Shown piece by piece: positions 26,201-39,132 of a stretch of DNA of 63,318 nt. Both the position numbers and the translations under genes were made by a program. Each line of letters begins with the position of its first letter. The first letter of the stretch is position 1. Below the pieces are notes generated by a model. The model saw only the letters and a list, made by a program, of their open reading frames with translations. It was not told the DNA's origin and ran no database searches. The DNA comes from Octopus bimaculoides (lineage: Eukaryota), in NCBI RefSeq assembly GCF_001194135.2, contig NC_068994.1, forward strand, positions 2,677,327 through 2,740,644. The letters are read 5' to 3'.

Positions 26201-26403
26201 GGCGGTGATATGGCAGAATCATTAGAATGCCAGGCAAAATGCTTACAGGTATTTCGTCTGTCACTACATTCTGAGTTCAAATTCCTCCAAGGTCGACTTT
26301 ACCTTTTATGCTTTCAGGGTCAATAAATTAAGAGCCAGTCAAACACTGGGGTAGATGTAATCAACTAATTCCCTCCCCTCAAATTTGAGGCCTTGTGCCT
26401 CCA
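26201..26403 (+). mobile_element. tRNA-derived SINE family S2, full copy
   Basis: A-box tggcagaatcattag, B-box gagttcaaatt, central gtcgactttacctttt..gggtcaataaa, end aaatttgaggccttgtgcct; flanked by (TTA)n. Confidence 0.85.
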
Positions 26404-26431
26404 GAAGAAAGGATTATCATTATTATTATTG

Positions 26432-26686
26432 TCATTTTCTCTTTATCACAGGTTTTGTTGGAGCTTCTGGAGTCCTGCTTGCATAGCAAGCTTGCCACCT
26501 GCAGTCTACAATACCATGCTATTCTTTCTTTTCAGCTATCTGATACTTTCCTAATTATTCTGGTCGTGCCAAGGAGGCAAACACTTTTTGTAACAGTTCT
26601 ACTAGGCACTCTATTCTGATATCCTTTCTATTCCTCTTGATGCCTTCTGATACTGCTCCCAAGAACCCAACAATAATTGATACTAT
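26432..26686 (-). mobile_element. R4/Dong-type (REL endonuclease) LINE 3' end
   Basis: IVSIIVGFLGAVS..IECLVELLQK/CLLGTTRIIRKVSDS* (stop at 26532-26534); short 3' UTR; (AAT)n on both sides in element sense. Confidence 0.75.
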
Positions 26687-27965
26687 CTTCATCTTCTTCA
26701 TTATTATTATTGTTATTGTAAATGTAAATAATAGATCATAGACTTTATAACACCTCTTTACATCAAATTATCAAAGTTGAGTAACAGGAAATCAAATCAT
26801 TTATTCATTGAGGGACCATTTAATAAAAAAAGTTTGTTTTAAATAGTAAATCTGCCTTCTAGTATATTGCAAGAAGCATATATGCACTGTTCAAACATAT
26901 ATACACCTGCAGAAGTATATATTCAAGATAAGAGACATGTGATAATGTATACCTAAACACTTCTTACTGAATGTATAAAGCAATTTGAAAATATATTTAG
27001 AAGTTGAATATGTGTAAGAGTTACATAAACAGCTTGTATATGTATATCTTCCCACTAAGTTGTGTTTAGAATAAAGTTGCCAGATTCAGCAATTTTATGT
27101 TCTGTTAAATCTTTTATTCCCACCCATACCAGCATGGAAGGAGGACATTAAACGATGATGGTTATGATGATGCATGAAAGTGAACTGAAAGATAAATCAT
27201 TTTGCAATATCTATAACTTAACACAAGATCATCCTGCTTTTTTAATCCTACTTCTTACAGAATTATGGTATTACCATCATACTGCTTTGATTTTTCTAAC
27301 TTTTAATAAGGAAGTTTGGATTCAATGTTTTAAAGCCAAGAAAAATAGAATTTTTTGTTTTTCATGTTTTCATAACCATCTTGCTTTTGAGAGATGCTTT
27401 TGAGAGATGACTAGGGCATTTTCTATTCTAGCATAATAAACAAATATTCATGATTTGCCATTGTCATACATTCAATCTCAATTAACCTATCTTGGCAGAA
27501 ATGCAACTTTGCTTTTGGAAAATCCATATCCAAAAACTATTCTCCTTTTTCACTGCTTGGAATTATTTCAAATCTCAGAATTTTCTGATTATTTGTAGTT
27601 GACTTATTGGAAAACTGCTGATATTCTCTACAGAACACCTAGAAAAGTATTGTATCATACTTTCTGGTATCTTCAATATAACTTCAACAACTATCATTTA
27701 AAATACTCTGGACTTTTTCTCAGAACCCAAGAGTATATATATTTAAAGAATAAAATGACTTTAGTTTATTCTGGAATGAGTGCTCTTATTCTTTTTAAGA
27801 TAAATTTCTTGCCACATATGTGAAATATACATGTTACTTTCTCTATTCAAAAGGTATATATATATATATATATNNNNNNNNNNACCCATAACAGGTCAAA
27901 ACATGTGTTGTACCTAATAAAATATTTTACTCATTCCATCTATTCTATTAATACTGTTACTATAT

Positions 27966-28676
27966 CATCATCATCGTTTAACGTCCGCTTTCCATGCTGG
28001 CATGGGTTGGACAATTTGACTGAGGACTGGCGAACCAGATGGCTGCACCAGACTCTAATCTGATCTGGCAGAGTTTCTATAGCTGGATGCCCTTCGTAAT
28101 GCCAACCACTCCGAGAGTGTAGTGGGTGCTTTTACGTGCCACAGGCACGAGGGCCAGTCAGGTGGTACTGGCAACGGCCATGCTCAAATGCTGTTTNNNN
28201 NNNNNNAGGGCCAGTCAGGTGGTACTGGCAACGGCCATGCTCAAATGCTGTTTTTTACGTGCCACCTGCACAGGAGCCAGTCCAGCGGCACTGGCAACAA
28301 CCTCGCTTGAATATTTTTCATGTGCCACTGGCACAAGTGCCAGTAAGGTGATGCTGGTAACAATCACACTCGAATGGTGCTCTTTACATTCCACTGGCAT
28401 GCAAGCCAGTCAGCTGCTCTGGCAACAATCACACTCGAATGGTGCTCTTAGCACTCCACTAGCACGGATGCCAGTCATCGAATTTGATTTCTATTTCGAT
28501 TTCACTTGCCTCAACAGGTCTTAGCAAGCAGAGTTTAGTGTCCAATGAAGGAAAGGTACGCAAAAGTGAGCTGGTTACACCCCTAGCATAGGTTATGGTC
28601 TCACTTGGCTTGCCGGGCCTTCTCAAGCACAGCATATTTCCAAAGGTCTTAGTCACTAATCATTGCCTTGGTGAGG
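27966..28676 (-). mobile_element. About 710-bp non-autonomous retroposon with (GAT)n tail and internal 62-67 bp tandem units (family S4)
   Basis: Tail ccatgccagcatggaaagcggacgttaaacgatgatgatg in element sense. Module gctggatgccctt..aaccact..ggtgctttta shared with 10420, 54677 and 29800. Tandem units at 28134-28480. Confidence 0.8.
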
Positions 28677-29953
28677 TGGGTACCCCAAAGAAACTGGAGT
28701 TTTGCAATATTATTTAATTCATTTAGTTTTACATGTTTACACTTTTATTGCCTTCAAAGTATTCTCCATACAGTGTGAGAGAAGGCCCTCTTACCTGTCC
28801 ATGTGTGGTAAGATGACACTAAAATCATTATGTATATGTCTATTTGTATATATACATAGACATGTATTGTTAGACAAATGTATGTACTTGTATACACATA
28901 TACTGGCATGTATATAAACTGTCAAGTTTACATCATTAACTTCTTTTATAGCCACTCACCCTCTAACATCCATCTAACTTATCCCCCATCACCACCCCAT
29001 TTCTTTCACTCATACCATTCTTTCTTTCTTCCTCTGAACCCACACCCCTATTGTTCAGCTCTCAAACATTTCCTCTTTTTCTTCTCAACCTCACTCTACT
29101 ATGCAGTCAGTATGACTAAGAATGGCAGCAGATCTTTTCTATTTACTGCATCCTTTCACCCATGTCAATTGCTCATCTCTCCTTCTCAATTCCCAGCATC
29201 CTATCAAAGTGACAGTATGACTGCACATTTCTTCCAATGCAACTAGAAATGCTTGTGCACCTACCCTGACCCTGTCCCTAACACTTCATTGTAACATTCA
29301 CTAGTACTGGTTCCACCTATTCTCTATTTTTTCTGACATCACTCTCATCACTTGATCCCATCTCGATGTGAAGGTAACTACTTGTGAATCACTTACAACT
29401 AGTTCACTCTCTCCTCCTGTACTCCGAGTGCCAGTATTCCTATACTTCTTTCTTCTCAGGCAGCCTTAGCCTTAGTACATTCTGTCTTCTAGATCACATA
29501 CATTAGTTATCCTCTTTCAATCTCAGTCACATGGCATTGCCTTGAATATATGCATTCATCTCAGAATACTGAATATTTTGTGCACACGCACAAAAAAATT
29601 TCTGCACTCCATTTGTGATATCCTAATTTCTCCCAACCAATAATTATTTCATGAATTCTCCGGCTGGACTGATATTCAGATTTTTTCTTTAATGGCTCAT
29701 CAGCTGGAGTTGCGGTATGACAAAGGACTTTGACAACCCATTGAAGGATGAAGAACCATAACTTTAAGCAAAAACTGCTACAAGGTAGAGAGAACTCTTT
29801 AGTCCTCCTCTATTGCCAAGTGGCATGATAAAATGCACCCAGTATGTTCAGTAAAGTGATGAGTGATAGGAAGAGCATACGAAAAGTCACCAAAATCAGC
29901 CAGTTTTCTCTGCTGCTGCATGCACAAGATAATGTAGATTCTTTACTACTTTA

Positions 29954-30113
29954 GGCACAAGGCCTGAAATTTTGAGAGAGAGGAGGGACAGTCACTTAGA
30001 TCGACCACATTACGCAACTGGTACTTAATTTATTGACCCTGAAAGGATGAAAGGCAAAGTCGGCCTCAAAAGAATTTGAACTCAGAATGTAAAGACAAAT
30101 GAAATACTGCAAG
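29954..30113 (-). mobile_element. S2 SINE
   Basis: ggcacaaggcctgaaatttt..ctggtactt..gaaaggatgaaaggcaaagtc..atttgaactcagaatg is the reverse complement of 26201. Confidence 0.85.
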
Positions 30114-30201
30114 GTAATGTAGACTGTGACACCTATCGAACCCATACAGTTTGGAAAACTGATATATTGATGATAATAATGACAAGAATGACAATGATTA
30201 T

Positions 30202-30241
<40 letters not shown>

Positions 30242-31191
30242 CACGCGCGCGTAGCAATCTGAAATAGAATATGTATGGTTGCTATATAGTTTGATGAGAA
30301 TGTCTATCTATAAAATGGTGCGTGTAGATGAAAAGCTACTATTAGGCTTTCTTACAGATCTAAATAACAATAAGAATATTCAACATAAAAAATAGATTTA
30401 TCATTGGCATAGATAATGTGTACGGTGTACTTATTAAAAGTAGTGATGTCAACTGAATAGTGAGAAACATTCTACACATGAAATTGTCAACAAAATGCTG
30501 AGAAAATTTCTGCTAATGACATCATCAACAGAACAGTGCTAAACTTTCAACTAATGAAGTTGTAGTATACTGGAAGACCATTTTTTTTTTTTACTTTTCT
30601 TGCTATCGATGACTATTAAAGTAGTATTGTGAATTTCTTTTGTCATATGTAACCATTGATAACATTCTAATAGGCATTCTGGAAGAAAGATTACAACTAA
30701 TTTGTTTGTAGTTAAATAGTTTGGGGCTAGTTTACCACTGATTTAGTCCCTTTGTTCACAATGAAATTGGATGGGTACTTTGCAAGCACATTTTTTCTCC
30801 CTGAATGTCAATTATCTTCCTTTTATAAATAACAGTAGAACTTTGATGGTGTTGCTTAAGGGGTCAGATCTGTGTGTTTTGTTAGATTCTACATCATTTT
30901 CTTCACTGATGTTATTTTACTTGTGCTGGCTCTGTAGTTAACTATCATTTCACTTGCAAGTCATGCATGTTGGAAGAGCTGACATTTTAATTTTTTTTAT
31001 TTATTTTTTTATTTTACTGTCATTCTGAATATCTTCCTTCCAGTAAAATTCTGTGGTTAATTCTTTTCATGGACCACTACAGCATTTCATACAGAAACAG
31101 ATACCTCTAAACTTTCCATTATATAAAAATAAACATGAAAGTGAACAGTGTTTCAATATATTCAACAAAGTTCTAATACTTTATGTGCATG

Positions 31192-31237
<46 letters not shown>

Positions 31238-31499
31238 AAAAGAAAGAATCCTACTTTTCAGAAGTAAACTGTTTAGCATTTCTTTTGTTTCTTAGCCTGA
31301 GGTATGCTAAGTTACAGAGAAAACACAGGAGTGGGAGGAAAGTAATGAACAAAGAACCAGGCAGATAGTTTACTTAGCTAAGTAGTAGTGTGAAGGAAAT
31401 TTGTAAATATTCTAAGAGATATGATATGTGATAAGTTTATGATAGCAAGAGGTCTTAAAATAATCAGAAAGTAAACAGTTGGAGAAAATTGGTGTGTTT

Positions 31500-31690
31500 T
31501 TGTTAGTGGCTTGGTTAGAATAAAAGGGTTGCACTCATGGCCTGAAAGATCAATGAGGACGACATGGTAGAACAACTGCAAGATGTCAACTGGAGGGAAA
31601 ATATGGATAGGGAAGGGGTTCCAGAGAAATGATGTTTGAGGAAAAAGGGTTAAAAAAAGTGGTTAATATGGCACTTAGGATTGAGGTAGG
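31500..31690 (-). mobile_element. Decayed Jockey/CR1-group LINE 3' end
   Basis: TSFLWNPFPIHIFPPVDILQLF resembles RTxxLWNxLPxxxFP..LQxFK. Confidence 0.4.
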
Positions 31691-34600
31691 CACAATTTAA
31701 GTAAGAAGAAGTCATTATAGTAGAGCTAGAAGAGGGAGAAAACTTGTAATGATAGCTATAAGAAAGGAAAATGAAGTGTTGTTATAGAGTTAGAAGATTC
31801 ATAAAAGAGAAAGTAACATTGTCCACCAAATCAATGAACAAACTATAAAAATTAGTTAAAAATTAACGAGACAGACACATTTTAAACTTCTCTAGTCTAA
31901 TTGCCTTATGATATTTAGGAGAGGAAGTTATCTGTTCAACTTAATAAGTTAAATATGACAGGCTTATCAATAGTGATTAGCATAGCTTCACAAACTGCTA
32001 ACAAGACAGGAATTAAAAATATTTAAATCTAAAAATCACAGATAACAGAAATGCTAAAAATAGCTCGAAATAGAATTGAGCCATAGGAAGTTTAGTTGAC
32101 TACAAATGTGATAAAACATACATTTTCTGTTGGTAATTAGATAGATCTGAGAGGTGTACTTCACCAAATACTTATTCTGAGCAAAGGACTGTAATTTGCA
32201 TTTCTTGATCTAAAATTCATTTGATAGAGTGGGTTCATATAATAATAAAAAATAAGAAGGGGGTGAATCAATAACTGACATATTAGTAAAATCCTCACAA
32301 CTAAAATTCAAAATTTAGAATCCACAAAGATTCTGTAAACTTTTTAAATCTAGGGAAAATAATCTGTTAATCTGTGTCAAGAAAACTGAAGGTAAGGTGT
32401 GACTTCACTGATAGGGGTATAATAGGGACATTGTTGTAATAGGGTTTATAGTGGTTTGGAGAAGTTTCCTGATGAAAAGATGAAGCACATTTCAATATGA
32501 AAAGATTATTCATGTTAAATTATGTAAGAACAAAACAAATGAAATACAGATAAACGTGAAAGTGTGAATGACACAGTGGGTGTATAATAGGAATTTGAAG
32601 GACGGTTTCAATGCAGATTATTATGTGAATAAGATATGAAGTATTGATGTGTCCATATAAAGAAGAAAGCTAAGTATATGCAATAAGAATAAATCATACA
32701 ACCTGGTTAACATTGCAAACATGTTTGACTTTTAACAACATGATAAAATTGTGAGATTTACTTCAAATATATAATCAAATTATTAACTCTTTTCTCAAGA
32801 ATTGTGAATGTTTGCACAGAAAAACAAAGCTATAAACTGATTTATTGTTTAAATTATTATTCTAAGCATGCTTGAAATTAGATTACACTAAATATTCATA
32901 GAAAGATGTTCTAATCTATAATTGGGATAAACATCTCTTTGTGTTCTTGTCTTTATTAATATTCAATAGACATTCATAATACAAATAATAAGCTCTAAAA
33001 GATCATATTCTGTAAAGCTTTTATCAATGTATTGTTACATTTTTATTCTCCCTAATATGTATCAGCATGTTTCATTTTATTCACTATTCAGTCAACAAAC
33101 AATAAATATGATTCAGTTTATCACAAATAAAAATGGATTAATGAAGATTTGTAATTAGTTAATATATTCAGATAAAAACTGGTTCCACAGAGACAAGCTA
33201 CAAACAATCAGAATTTGATGAAATAGTGGTATGTATGTGTAAGTGCCAAATAAAGATGTTTGAAACCCTTCATAAACGATAACTTAATTATATCATTTCA
33301 TTTATTAACAGCTGATGTTTTATTTATAATTTGAATGAGTAATAGAGTATCCTCTCTTATAAATTTTATTTGAAAATTTTGACTTATCTATTGAAAATCT
33401 TGGTTTTTTTTCTTACCCATAAAATCATGTTCACATTGTAGTTATATATAATAAATTGAATGAAACCCTGTGAAATGAAAAGCATAATCAGTTGCAGAGG
33501 AATCTGAGCTCAATATGTAGGTAGATAAAGCGAAAAATTGTAAAGCATTTAACCCTATTTATTTTCCCTTTCTGGTACCTTTCATAGCAAGTAATATTGG
33601 TTCAGAAGAAATAAAACATTACAAAAATAAAGATATTAAAATCAAAAGGTATCAAACAATTTCAGTAAAGTATATGTTGGTATAAATGGAATTCATCAAA
33701 TTTGACATAACTGGAAATAGTATAAATGCACCCTTAAAAATACAGTATTATTTTTACATTGAAGTTGTCTCTAGTTGCAAAGAGGCTTGCATTATATGAA
33801 GGAAGAGAATTGGTAAGAACTCGTTATCATGGTTTTAATGCAAGCATTGTCATTATTTAACTCTGGATCAGAACTGATTGATCATATCTATGATCAAATA
33901 TATGCAAGCTATGACCATCTAGTCTTTTTATATAGGAAGTAATTCAAAGGAGATTTGACAGCAATTTCTATCATGGCAGTACCTTTGTAGGTTAATGTAC
34001 AAGCAATGTATATATACAAGACGTTGTGGATCTCTGGCAGTTTGGCAGAGAAGTAGGACTTTGTGTATATGAATAGTTCAGTGGTTTGAAAAAATTTCAT
34101 GATGAAAAGATGAAGAAAGTATCAAGTAGGAAAATGTAATTCATAAAGAACAATATAAGTGTGTATGATAAATATGATACTGACGAAGGTGGAATTTGAG
34201 AATGCTCCAGTGGAAGTATACCAGGAGAGACATCTGTGATGTTGATGACTGATGAGTGCAGAATAAGAAAGGTGCTATGTACCAACAAAAGAGGCTATTT
34301 CAGAAAATGACTAGAGGAAACTAAGGAAAAAGTGAAAATATCAGATATGATGCCAAACTTCTAGACTTCACATTGAGATGACAAAGAATCATGCCAGTAT
34401 ACTACATAGCAGACCTGTCTGACCCATATCAGCACAGAAAAATGAATGATTAATATAATTGAGGATATTGGTGATAGTAAATGATTAGGTCACTGCATAT
34501 TTAAGACCTTTTCATAATTACGTTAGTTTGATTAACAGATAGCAAGATCATTAAATATATTAGCTTATAATAAATGAGATAATATAAATTAACCAATGAA

Positions 34601-36317
34601 TTTTGGCAAATATGTATTCTATAAATTTTATGTTGAATATTATACAGCCTTTGGACTGAAACACATAAAAGAATAAAAGAATATCTAAATAATTCAACTT
34701 TCTTTTCACCTATATGATAAAACGCTGCTTTAATTATTCTTTGTAACATTAAGTATCCAAATGACACTTTCTATTGTGTTTAAATTCTAAACACACAGAA
34801 GTATTGTGTCAAACAAATAAAGACAAAAATATTACATTTTGATCAAATTTTTCCATCTTATTTGAAAAGAGGGAAAACAACAGATATTAACAGTAAAGCT
34901 GTAAATTCATATTGTCAACTAGATATGTATTAGTAAAAAGGCATTTTCAAAGTGTGTATCTTAATCTTTGTCATATCTGGGGTTTTTTTCCATTCACCAT
35001 TATTTTCCCCTTCTTTCTTTTCATCTTCTCAAGTGTGCTTATCTACATTCAACTACATTTGTAGTTCTAATTTTCATCTTTTGGCTTTGGTGAAAAGTGA
35101 AAGGTAATAATAACAATAATGTAAAATAAACAACTTGTCACATTTGATTATATTAGTTTAACATTTCCAGTACACAACATTTAAATTACAACTGAATATT
35201 ATGAAGAGTAAACATCTTTGGAATGTTTCAGAATACTATTGATAGATTTTGGGGTTTATTAATGTCTTACTACACAAAATAATATTTCAGAATTTCATTA
35301 CATTGTCAGTCTGTCCCTTTCAGTGTGTGTGTGTGTGTGCATGTTTGTGTGTGAGTTTATGAGAGAGAATGATTGTAAATGTGAATGTGTATATGAAGGG
35401 CTGTATGAATGTGCATGTGTGTACTACTGCTACTGCAAGTGTGTATGAAGACTAGAACCTTGAGAGGTTGGGAGTTCTAAATAAGAAACCATATGAGTGT
35501 CTAAAAGATAACCTTTTCACTTTTCTTATTGATTCACCAATATTTTGACAGGTCATCTAGCAAGTTTACTTTTATTGTTTGTTTGTTTTCAGAATCCCAA
35601 CAAGGTCTTATCTATTTTTTCTTGATAAAATTACTATATTTATTGAATCTAGTGTTTTGCTTAGCTTTTATCTTTCTCTAGAGCAATCTTGCCATTTGAG
35701 AATGAAGTAAGCAATTATTAACTAGGCTTGTGGTTATATGTATCTTCTATAAATGTAATAAATGTAGTCTATTATTATTAGTTTCTGTATGTTTTTGAAA
35801 TTAAGTTTCTAATATGCTTCATTTAATTGTTTGGGTATGTATGTCTGTGTCAATGCAAGGTGAATTTAAACTGATTTAGACTATTAAGACGTTTCTGAAT
35901 TTGATATGTATTTTTTTAAAAACTTAGTTATTGCATAATTAAGTCATCTTTATTCTTGGACAATATAAATTTTATGGTCAAAATTAAACCAGTCTTTTTG
36001 TCATAAATTCCTCTTTATGAATCCTTAACTCTTATATGTACCTCTAAGGTTGAAACACAAGCACAATCATTTACAATTAAACTTAATATATTATCAATGT
36101 CAAGCATTTATGCTTACTATATTTTTGATAATCTTACTGCCTTTCCTTTCCTATATCATCTTTTTAATGGCCCAGAATTATCAAGCAATTTGTTTTCCCT
36201 AATATCATACTAATATTATTATTACAAAGATTTAGAACCCTTTCTTCTCTTTAATGTGTTTGTTAGGTACTACTCTTTTACACTAATTATCTCCATCATA
36301 GATTCCCTTTAATATAC

Positions 36318-36712
36318 ATATGACTGTGTGGTAAGAAGCTTGCTTCCCAACCACATGGTTTAGGGTTCAGTCCCTCTGCATGGCACCTTGGGCAAGTGTC
36401 TTCTACTATAGCCTTGGGCTGACCAAAGCCTCAGGAGTGGATTTGGTAGACAGAAACTGAAAGAAGCCCATCATGTATATATCTAAGTGTGCATGTCTTT
36501 GTGTCTGTGTTTATCCCTGCCCATCATCACTGTTTGACAACCGGTGTTGGTGTGTTTACATCCCATAACATAGCAGTTCAGTAAAGGAGACTGATAGAAT
36601 AAGTACTAGGCTTAAAAAATAATTCCTGGGGTCGATTTGTTCAGCCAAAACCCCTCAAAGTGGTGCTCCAGCATAGCCACAGTCAAATGACTAAAACAAG
36701 TGAAAAATAAAA
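36318..36712 (+). mobile_element. S1 SINE, full copy
   Basis: Both modules; near-identical to 7568-7958 over the 5' module. Confidence 0.88.
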
Positions 36713-36974
36713 GAAAGAATCTATCTACCTTTACTTTAATATATATACATATCCTACAACCTATTTTGTATGTGTGTATCTATGTAGGTGTTGTAGAATG
36801 AATGAATTGATGAATAGAAATTTGCGTTAAATACTATGGTAATGTAAAAAGTGTTGAGTCACCCTCACTAACTCTCCAATTTGTTTAATCATTGTTATGG
36901 TGAATGGAAGATAGTAAATGGGCAAAGTTGTGAGAAGATTGGATAGTATGTCTTATATTTGTTCTAGCTATATG

Positions 36975-37070
36975 TGTTATGAGTTCAAATCCCTCCAAGA
37001 GTTGCTTTCCCTTTCATCACTTCAGGATTAATAAATAAAGTACCAGTTAAAAACTGGGGTTTGTTTCCTC
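36975..37070 (+). mobile_element. S2 SINE fragment
   Basis: gagttcaaatccc..ctttccctttcatc..taaagtaccagtt..ctgggg. Confidence 0.55.
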
Positions 37071-38518
37071 TTTCTCTCAGAATTGGTAATGGCAAAGGGG
37101 CCATAAAATAAATGTCTACACTATGGGCCCCCTTTAATTCCTTTACAATCATTGTATGGACTAAATAAATAAGTGTGATGACTGGATACTTTGCCTTCTT
37201 TTGTTGCAAGTGAAGTAACATTTATAAACTTTTGAATATGAACTCATAAAATCTTCATCAGCCAATCATATTTCTTGATCAAGTTAAAATGATTATATCA
37301 ATAAGATGCTTGATCAACTTTTGTAGAGTCTTTTGAATTTAACTAGTATATTCCTGGTACTTATTAATCGCAGAAAGAATTCAACGTTAAACAGAAAGGA
37401 AAAACATCACATATTCTAACATATTCAGTCTGATGTACTGTTGTCAAGATGATCTCCTCCACCCTTTTGACATACTACAGATTATGATATCTAAACAGAG
37501 AGATTCTGATGTCTGATTATACAGTTTTGAAAGCTTTTCAAGCAATGACCTGAACTGAAATATATACAACACATGTTTATGTAATGCACCATCCCAACTC
37601 AAATAGATAAAATGTTTGAACTGAAATTTTTCACTTGAGTAGATATCTGTATTTGATATTCAAAATGGAATTGTATTTACATTATCACCACAGACAATTC
37701 AAGCTGAAGAGATATCTCCAATAGTTTACATTGGTGTATATGATGGCAGCTTAGTTATTGATATTTGGCTTGGATTTTTATGGAACTAACTCTGTGCTTA
37801 AATTTTGAGGTTTGCATATTTCCAAACATTGTTCTTATGTCAGGAAAATAATTAATTTAAACTGTCCTAATAATATAAAAAAAATAAGGAGGCTGATTCA
37901 TCCCATTGTACATGGCCATAATGCATATTGACAATAAGGGGGTTGGGCCAAGGTAAAGTGTGATGGCCACAATACAGCTCTGGAAACAAACCATGGATGA
38001 ATGGCCCTTTGAATAATTTATAAAAAGATTCCACTAACTATAATATTATTCTATTATTGTATATTTATGTAATGCTTTAAATAAACTCCATCTATTAAGA
38101 CATATAGCATTTATATTATTCATTAAGTAGTTGACTGAGAAAGTATGGATTGAAATTGTAGACGTAATCTGTTATAGGCAACATTTATTCATAAGATAAT
38201 TGATAAGCCTGGAACAATGTAAAAAATAATTTATTATAGACATAACATTTACATTATTTGTAAAATAATTGACTGACAAACAAATATTTTAGATTAAGTG
38301 TTTTATATATATATATTACTGATACTTTTCCTAAGAATCCACAGCTCAGTTGCATTTCATTCACTGAGGCTGTGGGTTCAAGTCCAGCCATATGCAATTT
38401 TCTGTGATATCAAAGTAAAGATGTCATAGAACATAAAATTTGTTAAAACCTCATTGTCACAGTTGTAAAGTAACAAAATAATATTATAAATAATGTCTAC
38501 AATTTTATTCTCAGTGGC

Positions 38519-38570
<52 letters not shown>

Positions 38571-39065
38571 TAATAGTCCTGGGTGAAGAAAAGACTGAGA
38601 GACTGGCACCTACAATGTCATCAGGCACTCACAGCCCTCTACCATTTGGGCAATTTCCACTTTAGAAATTTATAGAAGATTAGTGGTGGGGAAGTGAGAT
38701 GACATTCTTGGGGAGACTCTGGATGCTGACAAAAATAAGCTGGCTAGTCTGTTCTAGAGGACGTTTTGGTCAGGAACTATCATAGATAATTTCCAGATGT
38801 CCTTGGCCTGGCAGTGCTATCAAGGGGCACTACCAGTTTGAGATAAACTCTACAAGCACAGAGTGCTGTCAGACGGGCTTTTGGGATATACCTTTAGCTT
38901 TAGGTTACTTTCTACAGCTTAGAAATCATTATTTAAACAGGGAAGAGTTGAGTTCACAAGGAGAAACATATGAAAAAAATTTGGTTATAAATATTTGAAA
39001 CTATATGATTATCTTATTTGGAATAAACTTGCAAATCAGACTATGTCAGATAAAAGACTAAAGTG

Positions 39066-39085
39066 TTTCCATTTTTTAATTCCAG
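39066..39085 (+). other. Splice acceptor 47 nt upstream of the Pcdh ATG (implies an upstream non-coding exon)
   Basis: tttccattttttaattccAG|GTTT: polypyrimidine tract plus CAG; exon would start at 39086. Confidence 0.65.
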
Positions 39086-39132
39086 GTTTATTTTACCGTT
39101 GCATCTGAAGTCTTCATACTACAAAGTGGAAT

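Noticed and set aside
28150-28253. Two identical 47-bp units either side of a 10-N gap
   Set aside because: Perfect identity across a gap suggests contig-overlap duplication; not counted as evidence of recent amplification.
28134-28480. CRISPR-like repeat/spacer reading of the hairpin array
   Set aside because: Eukaryotic context, whole units are homologous with no unique spacers, no cas genes, and it is embedded in a retroposon.
29860-29895. GTGATGA..CGAAA hammerhead-like spacing
   Set aside because: Explained as a decayed S4 SINE module; stems do not pair.
38338-38392. tRNA-like A/B boxes (also 22370-22440 on minus, 9643-9715, 48986-49055)
   Set aside because: No complete cloverleaf; these are SINE heads rather than tRNA genes.
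38575-38900. GC-richer block just upstream of the Pcdh acceptor as a possible promoter
   Set aside because: It abuts a (TTA)n tract like a retroposon end and shows no clear promoter motif; more likely an unclassified decayed repeat.
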